Below are positions 21,593-33,728 of a stretch of 62,000 nucleotides of DNA, in pieces. How positions within the stretch are numbered: the first letter of the stretch is position 1; each line of letters starts with the position of its first letter. The notes below the pieces were generated by a model. The model did no database searches. It saw only the letters and a program-made list of their open reading frames with translations, and had not been told where the DNA came from. This stretch comes from Wallemia ichthyophaga EXF-994 (taxonomy: Eukaryota; Fungi; Basidiomycota), in the NCBI RefSeq assembly GCF_000400465.1, contig NW_008806284.1, positions 144,001 through 206,000 of the forward strand, written 5' to 3'. Made by a program: the position numbers and the translations under genes.

Positions 21593-23182
21593 ATGGCTGT
21601 GCCAGTTGAAAAAGAGGAGGCTGCTGCTAATACGCAGGCTCCCACTCAAACTACCCCGCCAAATCTCCTCAGCGCGCCTCCTTCCCGCTTCGAGAAGCCA
21701 GCCGGCGTAAATACGACAAAGTGGGCAAACGCAGCTCAGGCGCACACCCACAGCTAACAACTCCGCAGCTTTCCAGGACATGCCAATCCGCCACTTCCTA
21801 TCGAGGGCAACGGCTACTTCAGCAATGCGCAATTCATCGCTCTTATCATCGCTGTGCCATACTTGCTCAAGCGCTTGATTCCCTACTTTAACACTGGCTT
21901 CAAGACCTACGTATTCCTCTTCATCCTCACTGGTCCCTTCTCCGCTATCGCGTATTGGACTGTCATGTCCACCTACGGTCCACGCAAGAACGACAAGGTG
22001 GCCCTTCCTAACCGTCCAATTGAAGAATACCTCGATATCAAGGACCCTGAAATGAAGCAGCACTTCCACGGCCACAACAAGATCAATTACCAGCAATTTC
22101 ACGACGCTTACTTTGAAGGCAAAATCGATGTAAAGGGCGACATGCTCGACACCCTCGAATACCGCCACGACTGGGCAACCTTCAACTTCACCCCTAAACT
22201 CTTCAAGTATGTTGTTTTCAAGATGCTCCCTGACGTCATCTTCCACTCCCAATCACAAGACGAAGATCAGATCCAGGATGTGTACGACCGCGGTGATGAC
22301 TTCTACGAATGGTTCCTCGGCCCCCGTATGGTATACACTAGTGGCATGGTTCGCGACACCACCCGCGCTGAGACACTCGAAGAGCTCCAGGACAACAAGC
22401 TCAGTATGGTATGCGAGAAGCTAGACTTGCAGAAGGGTGATAGGATGCTTGATGTGGGATGTGGATGGGGCACTCTCGCAGCGTTCGCTGCTAAAAACTT
22501 TGATGCGGACGTCACTGGAATCACACTCTCCAAGAACCAGGCGGCCTTTGGTAACGAACGTATAGCAAAGAATGGCATTTCCTCTGAGCAGGCTAGGGTG
22601 CTCAATAAGGACTACCGTGATATCCCACGCAACACTTTCAATAAAATCAGCTGCCTCGAGATGGCTGAGCATGTCGGTATTCGTCGCTACGCCTCTTTCT
22701 TGAATGACATTTACAACCTCCTCGACGACGACGGCGTGATGGTTTTCCAGGTTGCTGGATTGCGTCCTCATTGGCAGTACGAGGATCTCGTCTGGGGGTT
22801 GTTTATGAACGAGTACATCTTCCCTGGTGCTGACGCATCTTGCTCGCTCGGCTGGGTCGTCAATCAGCTTGAAAACGCTGGTTTCGAGGTAAAATCGATC
22901 GATGTTCTCGGTGTGCACTACTCGGTCACTATATTGAGATGGTACAATAACTGGATCGCCAATAAGGACAAGGTGATAGAGAAGTACGGTGAGAAGTGGT
23001 TTAGAATCTGGACATTCTTCCTCGCTTCCTCAATTATCATTGCCAGGAACGGCGGGTCGTCGGTGTTCCAGATTACCGTACATAAGAACCTCAACGCTAC
23101 GCGTCGTGTCGATGGCATTGCTAGCCACCACGCTCCTATGAACCGGTTCAAACCATCTTATGCGTCTGTGGCTTCGGAGTAG
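21593..23182 (+). CDS. Sphingolipid C9-methyltransferase (CFA-synthase family; intron 21721-21768)
   Basis: N-terminal TM pair, HSQSQDEDQIQDVYDRGDDFYEWFLGPRMVYTSG, LDVGCGWG SAM motif, CLEMAEHVG, YIFPGAD. Confidence 0.9.
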
Positions 23183-23277
23183 ATAGTTTACGTGCTGCTA
23201 TCATGTATACGAATCTATATTACAAGATTATTCTATAGGTGTGCTATAGAAATCATGTCAAGGTGTTATTAGGTATT

Positions 23278-24621
23278 TCATTTATGCACCAATCCATCAC
23301 ACCATTTGAATATATCCTCCCATATCTCACTCCTCTGACTTTCATTCCAGTAGCCCAAGATGAGAAGATCGTGTACACCATCTGTGGCGACATTAGTAGT
23401 GAGATCTACTTTATTGCGTTCCATGCGCTCCACTAGGACCTTTATCTCATCTTCCAGCCGCTCGGCAGTACCGTAAGAGACAAAAGCGGGCGGGAACTTG
23501 TCGAAGAGGTCCTCCTCATCCTTGAGGTGCTGTGACGATGGACTGATGTACGGTGAGTGTACGGATATGTGCTGCGGCAGAATACTGTGCCTGAGGCTCT
23601 TCCTTCGCTTGTCGTCTCCTCGCTGCTTGAACAGAGATTTGTTGATGAATGTATGAGATTGTTGTTGTGTGCAAGTGGGGCAGCCTTGCCCGTTTCCGGC
23701 CGTACATCCGATGAAGGACTCAATTATGATAGCGCGCGGCATTGGCGTGTCCATGAGATAGTCAGCCCCTGCATTCGGACGCTTCCTCTTAGCAACTGGA
23801 TCGAATGGGTAGCTGAAAGAAGGATCACACCATGGCGATAGCAGTAGTAGGCCGGCTGGTGTATCATGCAATCTCTCATCGCGTATAAATCTCCCCAATG
23901 CCAACGCAAGATTTCCACCGGCGGAATCACCAATAATCACTATCCGCGAAGGAGGCACTTTGCGTTGGTTGATGAGATTGTCAAAAACACTGGCAACATC
24001 GAGCAGCGCACCGGGAAATGCACTGTGATGGATAAGTCGATATTCCACAGAGTGTATCTCGAGAAAAGACCCTGCCTCCATTAGCCGCTTCGGGATGATG
24101 GACGTTGAACAGTTCTCGTCGGCGGACATGTGCACATAAGCACCCCCGTGTATAGCAATACCCACTAGAGGGAGAGTGGCAGATTCCATCTCAGCGCCAT
24201 TGCGATCCCGATCGCGCTCATCCTCACGGTCGTCATATGTCTTATCGTGGCGATGACGCGGCCAAATGTATGTACCCACTTTGGAATGGGTATCCTGGCC
24301 ATCTACATCGAGCACTCCTATCTGCTTCTCGATGGGCAATGTTGGTACGAATTTGAAGTAGGTGTGTTTGCCATGCCTGCCAAATGAGAAAGGGTCCTTC
24401 ACATGGAAAGAGAGGTTTGAAAGCTCAGTCATTCTGTGCATCCTCTGTAGAAACTTGACAGATATGGCTTGCATAATACTCCATGTAGGGCGTGGTCGGT
24501 TACGCTTGGACAGGAAGGTGACAGCATGGATAGGCACCATCAGCAGCGCGACAGAGACCATGTAAGCGCAGTAGAATACGCGCATTACGCTCCCCGAGTA
24601 CTTCAAATGGGGGTGGCGCAT
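23278..24621 (-). CDS. Alpha/beta hydrolase of the HSL (abhydrolase_3) family with N-terminal hydrophobic segment
   Basis: HGGAY oxyanion motif, VEYRL, GDSAGGNL nucleophile elbow, LLSPWCD, E and GVHD triad region. First ATG is at 24621. Confidence 0.88.
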   Translation of the reverse strand: MRHPHLKYSGSVMRVFYCAYMVSVALLMVPIHAVTFLSKRNRPRPTWSIMQAISVKFLQRMHRMTELSNLSFHVKDPFSFGRHGKHTYFKFVPTLPIEKQIGVLDVDGQDTHSKVGTYIWPRHRHDKTYDDREDERDRDRNGAEMESATLPLVGIAIHGGAYVHMSADENCSTSIIPKRLMEAGSFLEIHSVEYRLIHHSAFPGALLDVASVFDNLINQRKVPPSRIVIIGDSAGGNLALALGRFIRDERLHDTPAGLLLLSPWCDPSFSYPFDPVAKRKRPNAGADYLMDTPMPRAIIIESFIGCTAGNGQGCPTCTQQQSHTFINKSLFKQRGDDKRRKSLRHSILPQHISVHSPYISPSSQHLKDEEDLFDKFPPAFVSYGTAERLEDEIKVLVERMERNKVDLTTNVATDGVHDLLILGYWNESQRSEIWEDIFKWCDGLVHK

Positions 24622-24700
24622 TGTTATGACAAACGATGATGATGATTGGGGTGAAAAATGGCGCTCCAAGATTCTGAGTCATTCTTACAAACTCGCACCC

Positions 24701-25678
24701 ATGAGCTCAAACTCAACAAACAATATCAGTAAAGACAAGGTTGCTGAGCTCATATCAGCAAATGAGAAGTACTCCCCAGCTACGTCCTGGCTCGAAGACC
24801 GTTACAGCATCTTCAACAAAGGCGACAACATACAAGGATACATTCAGCAGGAAGGCTTCCAGTTCTACTGGGGGGATCCTATCATTACACAGGGCACTAC
24901 TGGCGATTTCGTAAAGCAGATAATCAACTTGGCTAAGGAGAACAACTGTACGCCTGTATTCTGCGAGGTGTCGGAGGACCTCGAGGAGTTGTTGGCTGGT
25001 GATGATTTTGGATACTCGTGCTTGTCGTGCACACACGAAGACGTCATTGACCCAACTCAAGTAAATCTTGACGTAAAGGATGTTCAGCAGAATGTCCGTC
25101 GGTCGCAACGAGCCGGCGTGACCGTATACGAGCTGAGTGGTGAGCCAACAGAAGAGCAGCACAGGGCCATAGATCAGGGCGTCGACAAGTGGAAAGAGGG
25201 CAGGAAGGGTGAGCAGATCGCCACTGCTTCGATGGATCCTTTCCTCGATTCCACCCATAGACGCTTCCTCGTTGCCCAAGTGGAAGGTAAAATAGTCGGT
25301 ATTCTTATCCTCACCCTCCTTAAAAACCACGGATACCAGATCAAAAATTGCACTTCCTTCCCAGACGCCCCGAAAGGCACATCAGAGAGACTGATTGTGG
25401 AATGCTTGGAGCTGCTTAAGAAGGAAGACAACCACTTTGTCAGTTTTGGGATTAGTGCTAGCGATCACATGTCGCCAGTGAACAACCTCAAGGGCATGCG
25501 CGTAACGTGGCTCAGCGGCACTTACAAGTCAATTCTCAAATCTACAGGAATATTTAAAAGAGCTGACTTTCGTAGCAAGTTCAACGTCAAGCATGATCCA
25601 TTGTATATTTGCTACCCTCAGCATGAATTCGGACTGGATGGTGTACATTCTATCATGAAAGCACTTAAAACCAAGTAA
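24701..25678 (+). CDS. Stand-alone DUF2156 (MprF C-terminal-like, dual-GNAT) aminoacyl-tRNA-dependent transferase, ErdS-like, 325 aa
   Basis: TSWLEDRYSIF, WGDPI, IDQGVDKWKEGRKGEQI, RRFLVAQ..GKIVG, FPDAPKGTSERLI, VSFGIS, FRSKF, LYICYP resemble the transferase domain of fungal ErdS as recalled; no synthetase domain is fused. Confidence 0.8.
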   Translation: MSSNSTNNISKDKVAELISANEKYSPATSWLEDRYSIFNKGDNIQGYIQQEGFQFYWGDPIITQGTTGDFVKQIINLAKENNCTPVFCEVSEDLEELLAGDDFGYSCLSCTHEDVIDPTQVNLDVKDVQQNVRRSQRAGVTVYELSGEPTEEQHRAIDQGVDKWKEGRKGEQIATASMDPFLDSTHRRFLVAQVEGKIVGILILTLLKNHGYQIKNCTSFPDAPKGTSERLIVECLELLKKEDNHFVSFGISASDHMSPVNNLKGMRVTWLSGTYKSILKSTGIFKRADFRSKFNVKHDPLYICYPQHEFGLDGVHSIMKALKTK

Positions 25679-25879
25679 TTTAACGACCTGTATATGTTTT
25701 ATAGATCTTTCTCATTTCTACCTTGTTCGATGAAAATTTTCTGTAACAATAACTGCGAGACAACCCACAGCAAAATTCTTTATTACTTTTAAACTTCTCT
25801 TTAGCTTCACGCGGATACAACCAATTGCCACCGACATTTGTCGAAGAATCCCGCTGAAATATCCTTAACAAGTCGCTTC

Positions 25880-28800
25880 ATGGCAAAAAACGCAAAGTCA
25901 TCTGCAACGGCAGGAAGTGAGTGTAGCTGCCGATATTAACACCACTCTAACGTTACAGCGCGTAAAAAGCAGGCCGCTAAGAAAGGCGAGGGCGAGCAGC
26001 AGCCCACGAAACAGCAGCAACAGCAGCAGGGAAAGAAGAAGTACACAAAGAAGCACGGTATCGGTCAGTCTAAGCCACCGCCACCGCCAAAGAGATACAT
26101 TCCTCCCCCAAAGCCGCCACGCCCTGCTCCAGATCCACTCGAGGCTTGGGGACTGGCGAGTGTCCTCCCAGCGGATTTGGTTGTTATTTTAAAAAGATTC
26201 AGTAAGAAGGACGCCACCACTAAAATTAGAGCTGTCGAAGATCTACAAAGCTGGGTCGCTGACGTCGACAACAGAGAAGGCGGCACAGAGAGCTTAGTGG
26301 TGGCGTTGCCAGTTTGGGTGTGTAGTGGTTTCATTGAAAGCACTGAGCTAACCACTCACAGCTTCACCACCTCCCTTCAATGCTCCTCGCTTCGAATAGA
26401 AGACTGAGGCAGGTTGCCTTGAGCCTCAATTTGGCACTGTCTTCGCCCAACATTAACGACGTTAGATCCAATATGCTCTACACTATTAGCGAATCTAGCT
26501 ACGAGTCCTCGTTGGGCGCGTGGCTGCTTGCTAATCCACAATCATGGCTCAGCAATACCACATTCGAGGAGGTCCCAGAAGGAGACGACCGCATTCAGCT
26601 TCTCGAGGAATATCAACTTGAACCTCTCATTAATTACATCAGCGCAGCTATTCGCTCTCCGTACCTCCTCCTGCCGACTGCTGGTACACCTGGTACACCA
26701 CTCACAGAAGCTAAAAAGGATATAATGGCTGAGCAGGAAGAGAATTACAAGTCTAAAGACGCTCGTATCAAATCAGCTGGTTTGAATGCCTTGGGTTATC
26801 TCATTACGACCATTCCTCAAGGCTTCGACGTGCAAGGACTGCTTAGGGACCTGATTGACTCAGGTGCAATTGCCGAGTGTTTCAATGCTCCCGAGGGTGA
26901 AGAGATTGTCAGGAGGTCTGTTTGGAGTCTTCTTCTACCGCTCTTGAAAAGAGACGAAGGTAAGCTAATCGAAAGCAACCTCCATTCGTTCGCTCCAGTC
27001 ATTATCAACAACGCTTTCAACGAGAATGACTCCACTGTCACATCTGTCATGTTTGATGGTCTGCTAACGTTCCTCCATCGCTTCCCGTCTGCATGGACTA
27101 TCGCAATCGATGAGGAGCAAGATGATAACCAAGATGGGGAGAGGATACCAAAATGTCTTAGCAGTCTGCTCACCTTTTTAGAGCTCGGCTGTAGAGCAAG
27201 TCCACCTCAGGTAGCCTACTCAAGCTTGCTGGTTATTCTCATGACTATGCCAAAGGAATACCTCACTCAATCAACACTATCAAGACTGTTGGTAGCCTTC
27301 TTAGCACCTCTTTACTCAAACATATTCCCTTCACCGCCTGTCCTTCAAGCTAGACATGCTGAGGCTCTTTTGAAGTCAATTACGGAATGTTTGGTGGCGA
27401 TTGTTGCAAATGTAGTTGAGTCAAGAGATACTGGCCTTGAAGTCGCAACAGAGTGGATCAAAGCTATTTGGGAGGCGTTTGTCACTTCACCAACACGTGA
27501 TGCTAAGCTGCTCAAGGCTAACGTTGTCGGTCCTACTCTCCAAAATGCATTTAAAAAACTCCACACAGTTCAGGAGCAGAATCTCGATAGTGCTGTAGAT
27601 ACAGTCGAGGAAATTACATTGGATTCTGAAGACGTCTCAAGAAGCACTGAAGTATTGTGTGAAATGGTGAAATCAGCCGATGGCGCGATTGAAAATAGAT
27701 TTGCAGGTCTTCTAGAGAAATTAGTAAATAATTCGCTCAATGAACAAGCCGAAGCCAATCTCGATGTCATTGTGATTGCTTTGAGAGGCATCGAGTGTAT
27801 CAGCATCATTGAGGGGGTCTTGCAACAGCTCGACGACTTTATCACGGTGACCTTGCCAACTCTTGTCGCTGGCCAGAGCTCATCAGAAGCAACTGACCTG
27901 CTACTTGCCTATATCGCCAAACGCGACAATGGTAATATGATTCAGCAGGCTTGGAAAGGCGTACTTAGTGCTGAACCATCACTCGATGTCGTCGCTAAGC
28001 TTCTAGATGCAAACGCCAATGGTGACCTGGATGGGAAACAACTCGAGGGCGCCAGCACAATGGCTGGAATTGACGAAATGGCCTTGCTCTTGGCCAACAG
28101 GGACATTGAAGGCGATTCAGATCAAGTAGAGAAGCGAGTCATTAACGGTATTCTACAATCAAGTGATAAGTTCATAAGTACAGTAATGCACGGATCCATC
28201 GAGCGTCTCTATATTGATTCTTTCAGAGGCAGTGTTTACTCCAAACTCTATCGCAATTCAAATCACCGTGATGTCAATTTGTCAACTATCAAACATGCAA
28301 GCATCGATGTTCTCGTACAGCTTGCCAAAGAAATATTTATCGAAGCTTACATTGTCAATGAGGACGCAACGGCTAGAGACCTTTGGAGCAGAGTTTATAA
28401 TGTGGAGAAAGTTTTCTCAGCTGTCAAAGATTTCGTTTTTGGCTTGATATCAGATGTGAATGTTTTGGCGGAGTAAGTGGCGGTTATACAATGCTGTTCA
28501 CTTTACTGACCTCCCCCCACAGACCCAAGACGATATTTAATGCATTTTATCAACATTTGATAAAGTATGAGTCTAATGATGAGCACGTGGCTCAACAATT
28601 CATCAATTCCCTTAGCGCTCAATATGATCTTCAACTGGACCTTCCATTGCCCTCTGCCTTGGCCGTTCTTGACGAGCTCGTCCCTCACACCTCCGAGTAC
28701 GATGACACCGCACCAAACCACACCGAGTACGACGAAAGGGGTCACTCAAGTCTCATTAGGAATATCGAAGGGCTTCTCAGCTACTTTACGGCTGATATGT

Positions 28801-31031
28801 CAATTGCTGTGAACAACGCAAGTGCACTCATCAACTTTTTCGGCGCATTGAGACTCGTTGAGGATGAGATGAGCATTAGAGGATGCACTAGTGCTTTCTC
28901 TAAAGAGAGCGATATGGAATCATTGGCAACTATACACGATTCTCTGAGGACGAGCGTTGCTTACACACTCTACAAAATTAGTTCCAGTGTCGATCAAAGT
29001 GCACTGATAAGGGTAATTAGGAGTGGCGGAGAGGCAAATGATTCACTTTCAGTGGCTCTCAAAACACTTTATTACGATGGAAGAGTGAACAGCCTGAGAC
29101 TCTTCCGCGACATGCTTCATGGCGTGCTCCAACGTGTTGAGGACGTCGATGGCGACAGGTGGTTGGGTATGACTGGTGAGGAGTATACAAAGGCCAATGG
29201 AGAGCACAGGGCAAAAGCTCTGCTGTTATCTGTCAAATCTTACACCCTGTCTTCACCACGTCTGGCAAGACTGCAGAATGAGATAGCATCCAAACTTACC
29301 AGCATCTCGGCAGCTGATGCCTCAGAACAAGGTTTACCATTGTTGAGATTGCTGATCAGTGCTGCGCCACCATTGGACGCTGAAGAAGGTCTGCTTCCTC
29401 AACAAAGAGCGCTCTATCTGCTTAAGTGCTTGCGCGAGTGGGTAATGAGTGATGAAGATCTAGATGAGGAACTTGACGGCAGATTGTCTGAGTTGTTTAT
29501 TCATCTTGTTCCGGTTATACAAGGAGTCGACGGTTCACACTGGGATTTGATATTCGACTTGGTGGAGGCTAACATTGAGATCGCATCGTTGGACGAGGGC
29601 GTACTACTCTATAACTCGCTTAGACTGTTTGAACAGCTTATGACTCTATCAAAGACCAACTCGGCACTCAGCAACATCTGGAAAGATAGGCGTGCAATTG
29701 CATTTGAGCACCTCCGCACTCTGTTCTTGAGCTTAGGCGACGACAACGGCGTTACATCGACTAGGCCGCGCAATGTATGCGAAGATCTCGTTCTTAAATT
29801 GGTCCAAGCTGTTCCTAAGGATCTTATCTCTGAGGAGAGTTTCGATCCGATGGTCAAGATGCTCAACAGCTACTCTACAGAAGTCCGCAAAGTGGCACAT
29901 AGGTTGTTATACAGACTTATCAAGACTCAAGTTGAGAAAGCAGCAGTGGATAGTGCAGTGGATAGTAGCTACGAAGTTAAACTACCGGAAGTACTAACGG
30001 AGAAAATAAGCGAGAGAATAACTTACTCGATAGACGATGTGGTAAAGAATGAGAATGTCAGAAAGCACGTCTTCTACTTATTGCTGGTGTGGGATGTTAC
30101 ATTCTGTCACTTCAATCACGCTTCTGATGCTATGCGCGCTAAATATAACGAGCAATTCCGTCAAAGTGGTGTCATCGGAAGCGCATTTTTGCCGCTTATT
30201 TTCACTGTGATGGGACTATTTGATAAGAACAAAACGATCGATTTATCCGGATACCTGATTGATGAGTTTTACGTACAGTACTACGAAAGCGACGAATACA
30301 CGCCAACTGCTGTACTCGCCGCTTTTGTTTTTTATAAATCATTGAAGTATAGCTCTGGCCATGTTAGGGCGTGGTGGACATCTAACCAGAACAGACAACT
30401 GTCTATGGTAGTTAATGGGGTGACGTCAAGGTATTTCAGTCCTCAGATCATACACGAAGAGCTTAAGCAACTGCGTAATCCAGTCTCACTGAAGGAGTTA
30501 CAGACCGAGGCGTTTAGTATAAAGGTTGCGCAGAACGCAAGTGAAGTTACAGCCACTTACATTGTCGATGAGCAGCCGATGGAAATGGGAGTAAAGCTAC
30601 CGCAACTATTCCCGCTTGAGCCGGTTGAGATAAGGAATATAAGGAGAGTTGGCGTCAACGAACGACAATGGAGAGCATGGTTGTTGGCCGTACAGCAAGT
30701 GATTGGCTCACAATCTGGACCTTTATTGGAGGCTTTGAGTTTGTTCAAGAGAAACGTCAGCTTACACTTTGATGGTGTGACTGAGTGTGCCATTTGTTAC
30801 TCGTGGGTGGTACTACTTGTTCTCATAGCCCAACTAACACAGCAAAGTATCGTTCAAACTTCTGATCGCTCGCTGCCATCAAAGAAATGCAAAGTTTGCA
30901 GTAACAAATTCCATGGCGCTTGCTTGTACACGTGGTTCCAATCCTCGACTGTGAGTTTCGATGTCCTGTAGATGGCGAAGCTAACCGAAATACAGTCATC
31001 TACATGTCCGTTGTGTCGTCAAATATGGTAA
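25880..31031 (+). CDS. LTN1: Listerin E3 ubiquitin ligase of the ribosome quality control complex (multi-exon)
   Basis: N-terminal MAKNAKSSA and KRFSKKDATTKIRAVEDL, HEAT-like body, C-terminal RWD and RING (ECAICYS|IVQ..CKVCSNKFHGACLYTWF..STCPLCR). Confidence 0.93.
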
Positions 31032-31103
31032 CATTGTAATTGATTTAATAGACTTTATATACATTGATATTGCGTAATACATTCTTGTTGGAAGCACACC
31101 GCC

Positions 31104-33212
31104 ATGATCCCGCGAGGCGCTGGAATAGCGACGAGAGTAAGAAAATAATGTTTGCTAAAGCTTCTGGCTGACAATATTACTAGGGCTGTCTGCGATTACG
31201 GTTACGGCCTTGTGGCAGCGGTTATCAGTCATTGCGGATACAGTTACCGTGGCAACAACTGAGATGGCACGCACATATGTCCAACAGTACACCCAAAATT
31301 GAGGCGAAACAGCCCATCAAAGCACAATCACAGCAAACGGAATCCGTCGAGAAACCAACGAATGATATCACCACGAAGCAGCAGAGACAGATGGACTGGA
31401 ATATAATAAAGTTGCTCATAAAGAATATCTGGCCTAAAGGAGACAACAAGACGAAAGTCCGCGTCAGTTTGGCAGTAGCTCTGCTCATTTCAGGCAAATT
31501 GCTTAATGTGCAAGTGCCATTTTTCTTCAAGAGTATAGTGGATACACTGAATATAGAGCTAGATCCGAGCATGACAGTATGGGCTGTCTGCGGCTCTGCT
31601 ATTGCCGGCTATGGTCTTGCGAGGATTGGATCGACGACATTCAACGAGTTACGTAATGCAGTATTTGCAAATGTAGCACAAAGAGCGATAAGGAGAGTTT
31701 CAGGGAATGTATTTCGTCATCTTCTCAGTCTCGATTTGGGCTTCCACTTGAGCAGACAGACTGGCGGTCTCACTCGTGCCATCGATAGAGGTACAAAGGG
31801 AATTTCATTCTTACTTACATCTATCGTATTTCATATTATACCAACTGCACTCGAAATTTCGATGGTATGTGGAATTTTGTCTTACAAATTTGGACCAAGT
31901 TTCGCTGGTATTACTTTGGCTACTATGCTCGCATATAGTTGGTTCACTATTAGAACAACTTCGTGGCGTATGCGCTTTCGCAAGGAGGCTAATGCGGCTG
32001 ACAATGCTGGTGCAAATGTTGCAATTGACTCGCTGCTCAACTACGAAGCTGTGAAACACTTTAACAATGAAACCCACCAGGCAAAATTGTACGATGGGAC
32101 GTTGAAGAAATACGAGGATGCATCACTTAAAGTTGCAACATCGCTAGCTTATCTTAACAGCGGACAGAATTTCATCTTCTCTACTGCACTGACTGCAATG
32201 ATGGTACTTACTGCACAGAATGTACTCGCTGGAACAATGACGGTTGGAGATTTGGTACTTGTCAACCAACTCGTTTTCCAACTCAGTGTGCCTCTCAATT
32301 TTCTAGGCACAGTCTACCGCGAGTTGAGACAGAGTCTGATAGATATGGAGACACTATTCAATTTACAGTCTGTAGATATAAACGTAAAGTCGAAAGAAAG
32401 TGCGCCTCCTATTCAACTCAAAGGTGGTAACATCAAGTTTGAGAATGTACAGTTTGGATATCACCCAATACGCCCGATATTCAAAGATGTCTCATTTACG
32501 ATCCCAGCTGGGAAAAAGGTAGCAATAGTGGGACCATCAGGTGGAGGAAAGTCAACAGTTTTTAGACTATTGTTTAGGTTCTACGACCCAACATCGGGTA
32601 GAATAACGATAGATGGGCAGCCAATTGAGCAAGTTGATATGGAAAGTCTGAGGAAAGTAATAGGAGTGGTTCCACAGGATACAGCGCTATTCCATGCTGA
32701 CGTAATGCAAAATGTGCGATATGGAAGACTGGATGCTAGTGATGAGCAAGTAAAGGAGGCAGCTCGGAAGGCGCAAATGGGTAAGTTGATAGAGAGTCTA
32801 CCTGAAGGGTGGAGTACGAGTGTTGGGGAGAGAGGAATGATGATTAGTGGAGGAGAAAAGCAGCGACTGGCGATTGCGAGGGTCTTTTTGAAGGATGCGC
32901 CAATATTATTCTTCGATGAGGCAACTTCGTCGTTGGATACAGAGACCGAGAGAGAGTTGCTGAACAATATCAAGGAGGTGCTTGGCAGCAAAGCGCGTAC
33001 GAGTGTGTTTGTGGCACATAGACTTAGAACGGTCTCAGATTCAGGTGAGTGAGTTTGAGTGTCAAGTATGTATCGACTAACACGATACAGATCACATAAT
33101 AGTACTCAGGGACGGATATGTGGATGAGGAAGGAGATCATGATGAGCTGATGAAGCGTGGAGGAACATATTATAAAATGTGGCAGCAGCAGCAGCTTGAG
33201 CAAGCAGTTTGA
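31104..33212 (+). CDS. ATM1: Mitochondrial Fe-S/glutathione ABC half-transporter
   Basis: Basic presequence exon, [55 protein letters not shown]. Confidence 0.96.
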
Positions 33213-33245
33213 AATGAATAGAGAATGAATGAATATCGATAAGAA

Positions 33246-33475
33246 TTACTCTTCTGACTCGTCTGAAACTTGTGAGCGATGGAAAGTGCCTCTCTGGGTT
33301 GTGGATTCGCCCTTTCTAGCGCCAATCCAGTCCCATTTCTCCTGGTTAGTATATTAGTGTGTAAGAATAACCAAAAACCAATTCAACTAACATCAGTATA
33401 CTTTGCCAATGTGAAAATACCCGCAGGAATAACCAAACCAAAAGCGATAATCTTATTTGAGATAGGTCTAGTCAT
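33246..33475 (-). CDS. Spliced 59-aa micro-protein with one hydrophobic helix (intron 33342-33391); absent from the ORF track
   Basis: ATG 33475, GTTAGT donor, ACTAAC branch point and CAG acceptor join two stop-free exons in phase 0: MTRPISNKIIAFGLVIPAGIFTLAKYTD|EKWDWIGARKGESTTQRGTFHRSQVSDESEE*. Confidence 0.72.
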
Positions 33476-33728
33476 TTTGAAGTGTTGGTAAGTGTGTTCG
33501 CGCTGTGTTTAATTAGACTGGCTGTCTGCGCCTATTCAACCAAATGCTAACCATATGATTCCATCTCTCTGCAGCTGGATCGAGCTAAAACTAAAGTTAA
33601 TCTAAATTATTTAATTTAATATTCATCTCACTTTAACCGTGTGGAATTCTCCGTGTCCTCCCATTTTTGATGTTGGTTGTGTGTGGATGAGAGTTATTCT
33701 GCCATTTGCTCCTTGATCAGCTACACCC

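Noticed and set aside
21461-22252. 263-aa antisense ORF over the C9-methyltransferase
   Set aside because: Shadow frame expected from biased codon usage on the sense strand; it has no recognisable motifs.
24626-24700. N-terminal extension of the DUF2156 ORF as a remnant AspRS linker
   Set aside because: Only 25 codons, abutting the hydrolase start, with no synthetase motifs.
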